Below, in pieces: positions 36,356-47,080 of a stretch of DNA of 64,000 nt. Positions within the stretch are counted from its first letter, which is position 1. Each line of letters begins with the position of its first letter. Source of the stretch: a bacterium (GTDB taxonomy: Bacteria > Electryoneota > Electryoneia > Electryoneales > Electryoneaceae); contig CAXXKJ010000002.1 of NCBI GenBank assembly GCA_963675295.2, forward strand, positions 4,416,001 to 4,480,000. The letters run 5' to 3'. The position numbers were made by a program, and so were the translations under genes. The notes below the pieces were generated by a model, which did no database searches, had not been told where the DNA came from, and saw only the letters and a list, made by a program, of their open reading frames with translations.

Positions 36356-38044
36356 ATGAAAACGCTCCGGTTTGTTGCTGTCCTGCTTCTCCTGATCTCC
36401 GTATCCCAGGCTCAACCCCCCTCAGCTGATTGGTCGCACGCGTTCTCATCCAGCGCGGACGAGACGTTGCGTCTTTACCGGATGGCGTCGCTTCTGGACG
36501 GGTCTTTGGTCGCATGTGGCATGTACCAGGATTCGACACAGAATCCGGTAGAAGGCGGAGTTGTTATCCGGTTTGACCTGGACGGGACGGAACTGTTCCG
36601 CGAGTATTACACGATGGACCTGTGCAGCGATATCGCCGCTACGGCTGACGGTGGCTTTGTGCTTGGCGGTGATCGGAACACGACGACCATAACAAAGTAC
36701 TCGCCGGCGAATGTGCTGGAGTGGAGCACAACGGTCAACCATTACCACAATGAGAACGTCGACATCGTACGGGAATTGCCCGACGGTGCATTTGTGATGA
36801 CGGTCGATGGGGAAACCGGTTGTCAGCTGTACCGTTTTTCGAGCAGCGGCCAGCTTGTCGGCGATTCCTTTATCTCGGCATTTGAGCCGAGAAGCGCGGA
36901 GGTTCTTGAGGATGGCCTGCTGCTGGCGGGTGCGAACTACAATCCGTACTACGGGAGCAGCAAGTTTCGAGTCGTGAAAGTGAACTTTGCCGGCGAACAG
37001 ATGTGGAGCCACTTGAATGGTGGCAGCGAGAATAGTGCTGCGTACTACGTTCGCGAACTCCCCGACGGGACAATTCTGTCGGTAGGCATGTTTAACCTGA
37101 ACCTGTCAGCGCTGGTGCGTTTGAGGGCGAACGGCAGCCGTCTGATGCAATACCAGCTCCCGATCAGCGGGTGGGCGTTTGACTGGTTCCGTGACCTTCC
37201 CGATGGAACATTGATGCTGGCTGCGAACATGGGGCCGCATTACGGGGACAACACACGTTGGGCGATTCTCAAAAGCGACTACCAGATGCAATTCGACTGG
37301 TGGCGGCGATATTTGCCAGCGTATGGCGAATCACCCGTGATGGGTTTGGACGGTGGCACGGTGGTGATCAATGCCAACCGTCCCGACGGGACTATCGTCA
37401 AGTTCGAGCCCGAAGTCCGGGTGACAGTGTCCGGGACTCCGGCAGTGGTGCCGCCCGGCGGGGGAACGGTCAGTATCGCCACGGAACTGAGCAATATTCT
37501 GCTCGCGGAAACACCGGTGGATGTCTGGGTGACAGTACAGGATCCGGACGGAAATGTGGACACGTATGATCCAGTGCAAACGACGCTACTACCCGGACAG
37601 GATCTGACGCTCGCAGACGAGATGCTGGCGTGGACTGCCGATGATCCAGCGGGTATGTATCGATGCTTCACGCACGTCGGAGATTTTGAGACGGATCGCA
37701 TCTTCGGACGCGGCTGGCTTGACGTTGAGAAGCAGACTGGCACGGTTCCCGCCGGGAGCGAGGTTGGTGAGGTGGCGCTGCCGGAGAACATGACCCTGAG
37801 TGCCTATCCAAACCCGTTTAATTCCGCAACCCGGATCGAAATAACGCTGCCGAAAGCCGGCGAAACGCGGGTGAGTGTTTACAACACCGGCGGGCAAGAA
37901 GTCGCGCTGTTGCACACAGGATATGCTTCAGCGGGGACACTTCAGCTGTCGTTCGACGGTTCTGAGCTGAGCTGCGGAGTGTATTTCGTGCGCGCGGCTG
38001 CATCGGGTGCGAGCTTGACACGGAAAATCCTGTTGTTGAAGTAG
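36356..38044 (+). CDS. Secreted propeller-repeat protein + Ig-like 'PxxGG' domain + T9SS sorting domain
   Basis: Signal peptide, repeated ELPDG blades, VVPPGGG..N..DVW..PDG domain, AYPNPFNS..RKILLLK. Confidence 0.85.
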   Translation: MKTLRFVAVLLLLISVSQAQPPSADWSHAFSSSADETLRLYRMASLLDGSLVACGMYQDSTQNPVEGGVVIRFDLDGTELFREYYTMDLCSDIAATADGGFVLGGDRNTTTITKYSPANVLEWSTTVNHYHNENVDIVRELPDGAFVMTVDGETGCQLYRFSSSGQLVGDSFISAFEPRSAEVLEDGLLLAGANYNPYYGSSKFRVVKVNFAGEQMWSHLNGGSENSAAYYVRELPDGTILSVGMFNLNLSALVRLRANGSRLMQYQLPISGWAFDWFRDLPDGTLMLAANMGPHYGDNTRWAILKSDYQMQFDWWRRYLPAYGESPVMGLDGGTVVINANRPDGTIVKFEPEVRVTVSGTPAVVPPGGGTVSIATELSNILLAETPVDVWVTVQDPDGNVDTYDPVQTTLLPGQDLTLADEMLAWTADDPAGMYRCFTHVGDFETDRIFGRGWLDVEKQTGTVPAGSEVGEVALPENMTLSAYPNPFNSATRIEITLPKAGETRVSVYNTGGQEVALLHTGYASAGTLQLSFDGSELSCGVYFVRAAASGASLTRKILLLK

Positions 38045-38360
38045 CTGGTTGCTGGTATTGGTGCATACAGCCGTGACTCTCAATTCACCTTCTCCCTTGA
38101 TGGATCCCACGTGATGGACGCTGGGACCAGGAGTGGTTGAAATCAACCACTCGACCACGTTTTATGGATTCCAACAGCGTATATTCGTCGCAGGGAGCGA
38201 CCCGCGTTGGCCGAGCCAACACGGGCAAGACGCCTGGTGGGACTATGGACACGGACGTATCCGGGGACACTTTGAGGACAAAGTGTCCCCGGATACGAAG
38301 CACGGGCTTGCCTGTTCATCCCCCTCTCCTCCATCCACTGATATGAGACACAGGGCGACG

Positions 38361-39830
38361 ATGCTCGAATTGCGGACAAAAATCCTGCTGGTGGACGACG
38401 ACGAGATCAGCCGTGCGGTGTTCGCGCGGGTGCTGAGCGAGTTCACTGCCAGCGAGGTTGTCGAATGCGACAACGGTCTCGAGGCGAAAAAACGCTTTGA
38501 GGCGGAACAGTTTCCAATTGTCATCTCGGACGTGCGCATGCCCGGTCTGGACGGCATCGAGCTGCTGCACGAAATCCGTGCGCATCCGAACGGCCAGGAC
38601 ACGCAAGTCGTTCTGATCACCGGCTTTGCGGATGTTGAGACGGCGCTCAGCGCGTTGCGTGAAGGTGCGACCGAGATGTTGACCAAGCCGATTCCGATCA
38701 CCGACCTGTTGCAGGTGGTCGAGCGGGTAGCGAAGCAGTATGACGACCTGAAACGGAAGAAACGCCGTGCCGCACAGGTGTCGGTGGGAACGCCGGCGGG
38801 AGATGCGGAAAACGGCGACCGGCCGATGCGTTCGACTGTTGTGCTCGCGGACAAGACGGTGATTGGTGTCTTCAGCCGCAAGTTCCGTGCGATTGTCGAT
38901 ACGGCGCTGCGTTACAACGACGACCGCAACATCCCGGTGCTGATCGAGGGCGAAACCGGCACCGGCAAGGAAGTGCTGGCGAAGGTGGTGCATTACGGCG
39001 ACAGTGACGACACCAGCAAGCCATTCGTGACGGTCAACTGCGCCGCGATCAGCGACAGTTTGTTCGAGAGCGAACTGTTCGGCTATGTCGGGGGCGCATT
39101 CACCGGCGCGTTGCCGAAGGGCGCGAGCGGGAAGATGGAAGCCGCGAACGGCGGCACGTTATTCCTCGACGAAGTCGGCGAAATCCCGATGCCGATGCAA
39201 GCGAAACTGCTGCGCGCGTTGCAGGAAAAGGTGATCTACCGTGTCGGCGGCACCACCGCGATCCCGTTGGACATTCGAGTGATTGCCGCGACCAACCGTG
39301 ACCTGGAAAAGCAGGTGCAGGCGGGCGGCTTCCGGTCAGATCTTTACTACCGGCTCGCGGTCGGGCGGATCGAGATCCCGCCACTTCGTGAACAACGCGC
39401 GTCGATCCCCGCGATGGCGCAGTTGTTCCTCGCTGAATTCGCCCGTGAGAAGCAGCGTGATTTCCGGTTCATCAGCCGGGATGCGGTGCGAATGCTCGAG
39501 CAGTACGACTGGCCGGGGAATGTGCGTCAACTGCGGAATCTGATCGAACACGCGGTGCTGCTTTACAACGCGGTGGAACTGGATTCATCGCACCTCGCCG
39601 AGCTTGAGCAGCGGATGCAGGGCGGCGTGGGCGAGGACGGCGGCGCGGGTGTGTTGCAACCGGGGACCGTCATGCTGCCGCCGAACGGACTCGACCTGGA
39701 CGCGTTGACCTACGAGATTGTGCGCAAGGCGTTGGACAAGTTTGACGGCAACCAGCTCGCGACTGCGAAATACCTGGGCCTTAGCCGGGGACGGCTGCGG
39801 ACCCTGGTCGCGCATCTGGAAACAGAGTAA
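38361..39830 (+). CDS. Sigma-54-dependent response regulator (NtrC/AtoC family)
   Basis: Receiver LVDDD..SDVRMP..ITG..KP; GETGTGKE, GAFTGA, WPGNVRQL, HTH. Confidence 0.93.
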   Translation: MLELRTKILLVDDDEISRAVFARVLSEFTASEVVECDNGLEAKKRFEAEQFPIVISDVRMPGLDGIELLHEIRAHPNGQDTQVVLITGFADVETALSALREGATEMLTKPIPITDLLQVVERVAKQYDDLKRKKRRAAQVSVGTPAGDAENGDRPMRSTVVLADKTVIGVFSRKFRAIVDTALRYNDDRNIPVLIEGETGTGKEVLAKVVHYGDSDDTSKPFVTVNCAAISDSLFESELFGYVGGAFTGALPKGASGKMEAANGGTLFLDEVGEIPMPMQAKLLRALQEKVIYRVGGTTAIPLDIRVIAATNRDLEKQVQAGGFRSDLYYRLAVGRIEIPPLREQRASIPAMAQLFLAEFAREKQRDFRFISRDAVRMLEQYDWPGNVRQLRNLIEHAVLLYNAVELDSSHLAELEQRMQGGVGEDGGAGVLQPGTVMLPPNGLDLDALTYEIVRKALDKFDGNQLATAKYLGLSRGRLRTLVAHLETE

Positions 39831-39905
39831 AACGGGCTGCGGACTGCGGAAATGATCGCCCGGCATCATGCGATGCCGGGCTTTTCCATGCAATCACATC
39901 TGAGG

Positions 39906-40862
39906 TCAGGCGTGTTGTGCGTCAACAGCTCGTTCGACTCGCTGAGCTGAGAAGTCGTACGATATTCCTGTCAGATTTTCGGACAGGTCCCACAGCCGTG
40001 CCATGTTGCTGTCTGTGAATTCGCCGGCGTTCCGCCACGTCATGTAGTCGACACGTTCCGGCCATCCACGCATGCCCATGAACCCGTCCGGCCCGATGAA
40101 CTCGCCGCCCTGCAGCGACGGATCGACCGCAGCGCGCACGGTCGGCAAGGATCCCCGTTCCGGTTTCATCGCGAAGAAGGTGTTGAGAAAACGGAACAGC
40201 GGCGTGTGGCGTTGCAGGTCGGTCGCGGTCCAACCCGGGTGTGCAACGGTGGCCAGTTGCGGATGCCCGGCGGCCTGCAGACGTTTCTGCAACTCCCACG
40301 TAAACAACAAGTTCGCGAGCTTGGTTTGCCCGTACGCCTCGGTTTCACTGTACTTGCGCTGCGCGTAGACCGGATCGTCCCAGTGGATTTTGCCGAAATT
40401 CGCCGCGCCACTTGAGACGCTGACGATGCGCGCGTCCGGCTGCTTGAGCAACAACGGCAGCAGCAGCCCGGTCAGGGTAAAATGGCCGAGGTGGTTGGTC
40501 GCGAACTGTAGTTCCCAGCCGTCCTCGGTGCGCTCAAACGGACACATCATCACGCCGGCGTTGTTGATCAGCAGGTCGAGCCGGTCATGCCTTGCAAGGA
40601 ACTGTTCAGCGAACGCTTTCACCGACGCCTGCTTCGACAGGTCGAGCTGCATGGTCTCGACGGACGCGCCCGGAACAGCTGTCATAATCTGACGTTTGGC
40701 GCCGTCCGCCTTGGCGAGGTTGCGGCAGGCCATAACGACATGCGCGCCCTTTTCGGCCAGGTACCGCGCGGTCCAGAAGCCGATGCCGGTGTTGGAGCCG
40801 GTGACGATTACGGTGCGCCCGGACTGATCTGGTATGTTGTTTGTATTCCAGTGGTTACTCAT
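39906..40862 (-). CDS. SDR oxidoreductase (retinol-dehydrogenase-like subgroup)
   Basis: TGSNTGIG, NNAGVM, TNHLGHF, YGQTK, HPG. Confidence 0.93.
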   Translation of the reverse strand: MSNHWNTNNIPDQSGRTVIVTGSNTGIGFWTARYLAEKGAHVVMACRNLAKADGAKRQIMTAVPGASVETMQLDLSKQASVKAFAEQFLARHDRLDLLINNAGVMMCPFERTEDGWELQFATNHLGHFTLTGLLLPLLLKQPDARIVSVSSGAANFGKIHWDDPVYAQRKYSETEAYGQTKLANLLFTWELQKRLQAAGHPQLATVAHPGWTATDLQRHTPLFRFLNTFFAMKPERGSLPTVRAAVDPSLQGGEFIGPDGFMGMRGWPERVDYMTWRNAGEFTDSNMARLWDLSENLTGISYDFSAQRVERAVDAQHA

Positions 40863-40936
40863 GGTTGGTTCCTCGTGCTTCAGTTCGTGTCTCCGGTTGT
40901 ACGACTTGCAGGCCGTCTCGTTCCGAGGCAAGAATA

Positions 40937-40950
40937 AACGAACGTTCGTT
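40937..40950. promoter_or_regulatory. Probable TetR operator upstream of the SDR gene
   Basis: Perfect palindrome AACGAACGTTCGTT; matches the site at 41564-41578. Confidence 0.75.
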
Positions 40951-40981
40951 CAATAAAATCAGCAGAAAAAGCATCTTGACC

Positions 40982-41554
40982 TCAGAGTTTGACCGCATCC
41001 CAGGCGCAGTTGCCGAGCAGGGCGATGGTGGCTTCGTCCACTTCGGCGCCCGTTTTCCCTGCGGCGGCGACGGTTTGCATCAACGGCGCGAAGATGATCG
41101 CAGTGATCAGGTCGTGGTTGAGCGGCTTGAAGATGCCCGCCTGCACGCCCTGGTCGAAGAAGCTGTGCGATTCGCCGAACATGCGCGCTCCCTCCTCGCG
41201 GGTGGTCTCGGTCAGCATCGGGTTGGTCATGCACTGTTCCATGAAACGGAACTGGTCGCTGTGATGCTGCATGTAGCCAGCGAGGTACGCGTAGGTGCGC
41301 TTGAAGTTCTCTTCCCACGATCGTTTCGGGTCGTGCTTCAGCCGGACCGCGTGGCTGAGATCCTGTTTCACCAACAGGTACAGCTTGTTGAGCAGGTCCT
41401 GCTTGTTCTCGAAATAGATGTAGATGGTCGCGGGCGAGACTCCGGCGGCCTTCGCGATCTTGGATATCGAGGTTTCGGAGAAGCCGTGTTCGTTGATCAG
41501 CCGGATGGCGGCGTCGACGATGGCATCGTGTTTGGCATCATCACGTTTTCGCAT
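40982..41554 (-). CDS. TetR/AcrR family regulator
   Basis: GFSETSISKIAKAAGVSPATIYIYFENKQDL. Confidence 0.95.
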   Translation of the reverse strand: MRKRDDAKHDAIVDAAIRLINEHGFSETSISKIAKAAGVSPATIYIYFENKQDLLNKLYLLVKQDLSHAVRLKHDPKRSWEENFKRTYAYLAGYMQHHSDQFRFMEQCMTNPMLTETTREEGARMFGESHSFFDQGVQAGIFKPLNHDLITAIIFAPLMQTVAAAGKTGAEVDEATIALLGNCAWDAVKL

Positions 41555-41560
41555 GCGCCT

Positions 41561-41589
41561 ATAATAAACGATCGTTCACTTATTGTCAA
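41561..41589 (-). promoter_or_regulatory. Sigma-70 promoter of tetR with operator in the spacer
   Basis: TTGACA-17 nt (contains AACGATCGTT)-TATTAT, 6 nt before the ATG. Confidence 0.8.
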
Positions 41590-41857
41590 GCAGTGCGAGA
41601 GACGGGTGAAGGTGGCTCTGAATGGGGGGTGGCCCGGGTATCGGTGATCGGGCTCAGGGTTCGGGGCTCGAGGCTTGGGGCTCTAAAAAAGATTCATGCC
41701 CTCGGGCTTCAGCCCGGGATCAACCCACGTTCAATCACGCACAGCCATCATCCCCCAGACATTCATGTCTGGGGTTATCGAACAGTCGCCATCGCGGGCA
41801 CCGGCAAACCCCCTTCCCGTCGTATATTGCCTCATCTCGAATCCACCGAGGCATCCA

Positions 41858-43366
41858 ATGTCACGCCGCTTCCAGACACTCTTTTTGATCATCCTCCCCT
41901 TTCTGATCGCGTCCGCCGCCTTCGCCCAACCACCCGATACATTATGGACTCGTATCTGGGATTACGGCCACGACAACGATTTCATGAAAAGTGTCCAGGC
42001 ACTCCCTGACGGGGGATACATCGCCTGCGGGTACACCTATTACTTTGATGTCGGCAACCAAACATGGACAGCAAGACTTGATCAAGATGGGACTGAAGTC
42101 TGGCTACATATTGAAGGCGAAGATGGTACCGACGCCGCGCATTTCACAGCACCTACGGCGGATTCTGGATTCATACAGTGCGGCTCAACAATTTCTTATA
42201 CCCCAGGAATCCAGTTTGGTGCATTTGCCCGTAAGCTCAACTCAGACGGAGTTCAGGAATGGGCACGACTATTCGATGATCCCACGGTCTTCGGCGATGG
42301 TTTTTACTGCATACGAGAGATTGCATCAGGTGGCTATGTTGCTGTAGGTCACGCCGATTCCAACGAGATCTATCGTTTGAGCGAGGCTGGTAATCTAGTT
42401 TGGCGTCGTCAGATGCCTGAGAACGGTCTTCTTCCCCAATGGGTAGAACCAACATCCGATGGCGGATTCCTGGTGCCCAGTTCCCACTACAACTCAGATG
42501 TAGATGCTTACGTTTTTACACTTTACAAGCTTGATCGACATGGTCTCATAGAATGGGTCAATGACGAAGCTGAACCCGGTTTATCGATTCGTGGGGAAGC
42601 CCATTGCGTACGTCAGGACGCCAGCGGAGACATCTATGCCTGCGGCTGGATTATTACAAATCCTAATGTGACACGCAAGCGATTCTATGTGACGAAACGA
42701 AATCCGGATGGATCAATACTCTGGTCTACAGCGCTTCCCGAACAGTCCGGTGCCAGCGCGGATCATATGGTGATTCTCGCAGACGGAAGTGTGGTCGCTG
42801 GAGGGTGGAACCAGGCAGGCTTCCTCAAGGAACGCTGGATTGTGAAAGTATCATCGGAGGGCGAAGTTCTCTGGCATCGTATCGACCTTTCGGGGCAGGT
42901 CACCTGCCTTGACCAAGGTCTCGATGGTAGCATCATTGCAGCGTACTATCCAAGTACAATCAATGAGCCCTCCACCGATCTGGCTTTGATGAAACTTGAG
43001 CCTGAAGTCGATATCGAGCTTGAGGTGTGGAACCCTATCATCCCGGCTGCCGGCGGCCTACTCCGGTATGGGGCACAAGTCAGCAACATCCTCGTCAATC
43101 CGACACCGTTGGATGCGTGGATCGTGGTCACCGGACCAAACGGTGACCGGATCCCGTTGAACAGCTTTCCGGTCTTACTCCAACCTGGCGCTACATTCAC
43201 ACGCCCACAGATCAATGTCTGGGTCCCCGGCTATGCCCCGAACGGCGAGTACACACTCGAAGCGCACCTCGGCGTGGCTCCGCCAACTGTCCCGCCCGGT
43301 GGCTCAAGCGGAAGTCGAAACATGGGGCTGGCATCGTTTACGTTTACCAAGGGCGGTAGTCGGTAA
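41858..43366 (+). CDS. Secreted propeller-repeat protein ending in the Ig-like 'IPxxGG' domain (no T9SS CTD)
   Basis: Signal peptide AFAQPPDTLW, T.DGG repeats, C-terminal IPAAGG..YGAQVSN..DAW..GPNG..VPGYAPNGEY..FTFTK. Confidence 0.85.
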   Translation: MSRRFQTLFLIILPFLIASAAFAQPPDTLWTRIWDYGHDNDFMKSVQALPDGGYIACGYTYYFDVGNQTWTARLDQDGTEVWLHIEGEDGTDAAHFTAPTADSGFIQCGSTISYTPGIQFGAFARKLNSDGVQEWARLFDDPTVFGDGFYCIREIASGGYVAVGHADSNEIYRLSEAGNLVWRRQMPENGLLPQWVEPTSDGGFLVPSSHYNSDVDAYVFTLYKLDRHGLIEWVNDEAEPGLSIRGEAHCVRQDASGDIYACGWIITNPNVTRKRFYVTKRNPDGSILWSTALPEQSGASADHMVILADGSVVAGGWNQAGFLKERWIVKVSSEGEVLWHRIDLSGQVTCLDQGLDGSIIAAYYPSTINEPSTDLALMKLEPEVDIELEVWNPIIPAAGGLLRYGAQVSNILVNPTPLDAWIVVTGPNGDRIPLNSFPVLLQPGATFTRPQINVWVPGYAPNGEYTLEAHLGVAPPTVPPGGSSGSRNMGLASFTFTKGGSR

Positions 43367-43379
43367 TCTGGGTGAGGGT

Positions 43380-43522
43380 GTCATTCTGAATGGAACGCAG
43401 TGGAATGAAGAATCTCCAGCTTCGCTAACAGTCAATTAAGCCCGACCTTCTTCACTTCGTTCAGAATGACGTGACTTTCAAGGTCGGATAATCTGTAGAT
43501 CCTTCACTGCGTTCAGGATGAC
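43380..43522. repeat. GTCAT..ATGAC palindromic repeat plus half copy
   Basis: gtcattctgaa..cttcacttcgttcagaatgac (43380-43470) and agatccttcactgcgttcaggatgac (43497-43522). Confidence 0.8.
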
Positions 43523-43649
43523 GTGCTGGCAGACGCTCACGGGTCCGCGTCTGCATCTTCTGCAACACGGCCACGGTATCGCTATTGCCGCAAATTGATC
43601 CGCGTCGGGAAACCTGCCCCGGGCATCGAGGATCTTCCACCACGAACCA

Positions 43650-43692
43650 CCCGCGATAGCCGTCACAAACCGACGTGACGGACAATCGCGGG
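43650..43692. repeat. 43-bp hairpin repeat, copy 2
   Basis: Matches 32991-33033. Confidence 0.8.
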
Positions 43693-43781
43693 CACCAGGC
43701 ACACACACGGCACCGGTAGTCATCAACGATTCCGCCTCTCCCGTCGTATATTGCCATATCTCGAATCCACCGAGGCACCCA

Positions 43782-45278
43782 ATGACACGCCATCTGTTGA
43801 CATCGACACGGTTGACACGCCTCCCGATCGCCCTCATTCTGTTATTCGCGTTCACCGTCTCTGCCCAACCCCCTGATACCGCATGGGTTAGGGACTTCGG
43901 CTTCAGTTCGAGTGAAAGAGTTGAAGTTATTCGACCGTGCCAAGATGGAGGATACATCCTGACGGGTGACAGCCGGGAAGGTACAGGGATTCTTCGAGTC
44001 AGAACTGTCCGAATCAGCGAGGACGGCGAAGTCATCTGGAACCATGTCGAAGGAGGGGATGACCTTGATGGTGCGGAATACATCGAACCAACTTCGGATG
44101 GTGGTTTCATTCAGGGGGGATCAACACGCTCGTTTTCTCCTACCCTAGGTGAAGATGCGTTTGTAAGAAAACTGAATGCGGACGGTGATCAGGAGTGGGC
44201 TCGCCTTTTCGGTACTGACAATATTGACGATTGGGTGGCGTGTGTACGTGAGGTCTCCACTGGTGGATACATCGCAGTTGGTCTCGACGACACCAGGCCG
44301 TTTCTGTGGCGGCTTGGCCCGAACGGTCAGCACCTGTGGGTACGTCATTGGCCCTCCGAATTTGACAATCGCTTGAACTTTGTCGAGCCTTTGGCGGATG
44401 GTGGATTTATTCTCGGAGGTTCTTATCCTGATTGGTTCACATTGGTGAAGACAAACACACAAGGTGAAGTCATCTGGACACAGGAATACTGGGACAATGG
44501 CGGAATATACTGTGTCCGGGAATTTCCCAATGGTAACCTGATAGCAAGTGGTCGTAGGTATTACAGCGAATTGACTTTCGCCTGGGTGGTTATCTTGACC
44601 GATCCTGATGGGGAAATTATTTGGACGCGTGAAATAAATGAAAACAATTTCACTTCTCAAGAAGCATATGAGTGCTGGATTACAGTAGATGGTAACATTG
44701 TTGTTTGTGGGTTAGACCAAGATGAAGACTTTAGTCTCAATAGCTGGATACTTAAGTATGATACTGTTGGAAACACTTTGTGGCATTGGGAAATAACTGG
44801 GGGCGAGTTATTCACAATCTGTCAAGGTAGAGATGGTGGATATGTCGTTGGTGGTATGGACCACGATAACTGGACAACCCCATCGCTAAATTTTAAAGCC
44901 ACAAAGTTGTATCCTGAAGTGCAAATCACGCTTCATCCATGGACACCTACGATCCCGGTATCCGGCGGTTTGCTTCGCTATGGCGCACAAGTTACGAACA
45001 TCCTTGTCGATCAGACACCTTTGGACGCGTGGATCGTGGTCACCGGTCCAAATGGCGAGCGTGTACCGTTAAACAGCTTTCCCGTCACACTCCAGCCCGG
45101 CGCGACCTTCACCCGCCCGCAGATCACTGTCTGGGTCCCCGGCTATGCCCCGAACGGCGAGTACACCCTCGAAGCACACCTCGGCGTCGTGCCGCCAACT
45201 GTCCCGCCCGGTGGCCCAAGCGGAAGTCGAAACATGGGGCTGGGATCGTTCACGTTTACGAAGGTTGATGGGCGGTAA
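43782..45278 (+). CDS. Tandem paralog of 41858-43366
   Basis: Same leader DNA, AQPPDT start and near-identical C-terminal domain. Confidence 0.85.
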   Translation: MTRHLLTSTRLTRLPIALILLFAFTVSAQPPDTAWVRDFGFSSSERVEVIRPCQDGGYILTGDSREGTGILRVRTVRISEDGEVIWNHVEGGDDLDGAEYIEPTSDGGFIQGGSTRSFSPTLGEDAFVRKLNADGDQEWARLFGTDNIDDWVACVREVSTGGYIAVGLDDTRPFLWRLGPNGQHLWVRHWPSEFDNRLNFVEPLADGGFILGGSYPDWFTLVKTNTQGEVIWTQEYWDNGGIYCVREFPNGNLIASGRRYYSELTFAWVVILTDPDGEIIWTREINENNFTSQEAYECWITVDGNIVVCGLDQDEDFSLNSWILKYDTVGNTLWHWEITGGELFTICQGRDGGYVVGGMDHDNWTTPSLNFKATKLYPEVQITLHPWTPTIPVSGGLLRYGAQVTNILVDQTPLDAWIVVTGPNGERVPLNSFPVTLQPGATFTRPQITVWVPGYAPNGEYTLEAHLGVVPPTVPPGGPSGSRNMGLGSFTFTKVDGR

Positions 45279-45297
45279 CTGAGCGTCCTCAACGACG

Positions 45298-45323
45298 AGA
45301 TCCTTCACTGCGTTCAGGATGAC
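45298..45323. repeat. Half copy of the GTCAT repeat
   Basis: agatccttcactgcgttcaggatgac, identical to 43497-43522. Confidence 0.8.
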
Positions 45324-45652
45324 ACACTCGGGTTTGCGTCGTGAGATGATCCCGACTAGCAAGCTAGTCGGGGCAGACGCATCTGAGGCGGGGACACCTG
45401 TCGGTACTGAACGTGCGGATCAGGATGAATCGGTGCCTGGCTGTCAAGCTCCTTGCATCACCTCACCCGAAACAGGTACCGCCAGATGTCCCCCGCACGA
45501 GAGACAAAAGACGAGGGACGAGAGACCTCCATAAAAAATGAAACGGGGACACATTCCTGCCTCGTGTCCCCGTCCACGGTTATCTGACCTTGGGCATTGA
45601 ATCAGATAACGCATCCGGAATTCAAAAGATCGCTTGTCGTGTCAGCGTCGTG

Positions 45653-47080
45653 TTAACGCAGCAATACGATTTTCTGTGTTGAGACGGCTCCGGCCGGGCT
45701 CAGCGCGCGGACGAAATACAATCCGCTGGCGAATCCATTCGCCGACCACGACAGCTCGTACGTGCCTGCCGCCGGGGCATTCAGTGACCACGCGTCCACG
45801 GTGCGGCCGAGTATGTCCATCACGCTGACCTGCACCTGTCCCGCCGATGGAACCGCGAGCTGCAGGGTGGTCATCGCGTTGAACGGGTTCGGGTGCGCCG
45901 GAGCGAGCTCGAACTCAGTGACACGGGCCGCGTTGCCGGCTTCGCCGACGTCATTGGTGCCGTCGGTGACACGGGTCAGCAGCACGCTGTCCGCGATGCC
46001 GGACGAACTGAGCAGCAGGTCGCCGTCCTCGTACATGCCGATCGCGTTGCCGTCCCAGTCGTCGGGTTCGCCGTACTGGCCGCCCTCATACAGCCGGGTG
46101 CCGTCGGAGCTGATCAGCACGAGCTGCAGGTTGTTCTTCCAGACGACCAGCCGGCCGTCGAGAATCTGCAGAATCGCCTGGCTCGGCGGGTTCGGCACGC
46201 CTTCTTCAAAGATCCGTTGCCAGTTGTACGAACCGGCCTGCGTCGCGCTGGCGACGAGGTAATTCTGGTTGCTGTTCATGCCGGTCAGGTAGATGTAGCC
46301 ATCAAACCCGATCGTCATTTCGGTAATCAGGTCCATCTCGGACGGCAGCGACCATTCGATCTCACCGTCGTAGTTGACGCGTGTCAGGAACTCGCCGCCG
46401 TTGACCAGCGAACCGGTCAGGAACGCGGCGTCCCCGGTAAATTCGATGTCCGCAACGCGACTGATCTCCTGCGGTTCGTCCACCAGCACGGTGGCTAGGT
46501 GGTTGCCGTCGAGATCGTAGCTGGTGAGGTGCGCGGTGCGGCCACCATTGGCCTGCGAGCTTGCGCCCCACCATCCGCCGAAGTAGATCGTGTTGGTGAG
46601 CAGCCCCACCTCACGAACCTGTTTTTCAATCCGGCTGAAGCCGAAGGTTTCGTCGTTCCACAGGATGTCACCGTTTGCGGCGACCCGTGCGACGCAGAGG
46701 TTATGCTGCGGCGTGCCGGTGGTATCGTACCATTCCGGCTTCCAGTTCTTGGTGTAGGTTACGATCACTCCGCCGTCGTGCAATGGCATCAGGCGAACGT
46801 TCATGATCAACCCGGAATCCGCCGTGGCGACGGTGGTCTGGGAGATCAGGTTGCCGTCACCGTCAATGCGGTCGAGACGCAGACTCGGGCCGGTAATGCC
46901 CGCGCCAGCGATGGCGACGGCGTGCACGGCTTCATCGTTGTCAAAGATCGCCAGGTCCATGGCTTTCGCCTGGTGCCCGTCGGTGGCGTAGGTTTCTTCC
47001 CACAATTCGATTGGGATGGCGGTGGCCGATACTGCAGTCAGGCCGGTCAGCAGTGCGAACAACACGTTTCGAAGCTTCAT
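45653..47080 (-). CDS. Secreted propeller-type protein with T9SS sorting domain
   Basis: Signal peptide; distant similarity to the 33-36 kb pair; AHPNPFNA..SGLYFV..QKIVLLR. Confidence 0.85.
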   Translation of the reverse strand: MKLRNVLFALLTGLTAVSATAIPIELWEETYATDGHQAKAMDLAIFDNDEAVHAVAIAGAGITGPSLRLDRIDGDGNLISQTTVATADSGLIMNVRLMPLHDGGVIVTYTKNWKPEWYDTTGTPQHNLCVARVAANGDILWNDETFGFSRIEKQVREVGLLTNTIYFGGWWGASSQANGGRTAHLTSYDLDGNHLATVLVDEPQEISRVADIEFTGDAAFLTGSLVNGGEFLTRVNYDGEIEWSLPSEMDLITEMTIGFDGYIYLTGMNSNQNYLVASATQAGSYNWQRIFEEGVPNPPSQAILQILDGRLVVWKNNLQLVLISSDGTRLYEGGQYGEPDDWDGNAIGMYEDGDLLLSSSGIADSVLLTRVTDGTNDVGEAGNAARVTEFELAPAHPNPFNAMTTLQLAVPSAGQVQVSVMDILGRTVDAWSLNAPAAGTYELSWSANGFASGLYFVRALSPAGAVSTQKIVLLR

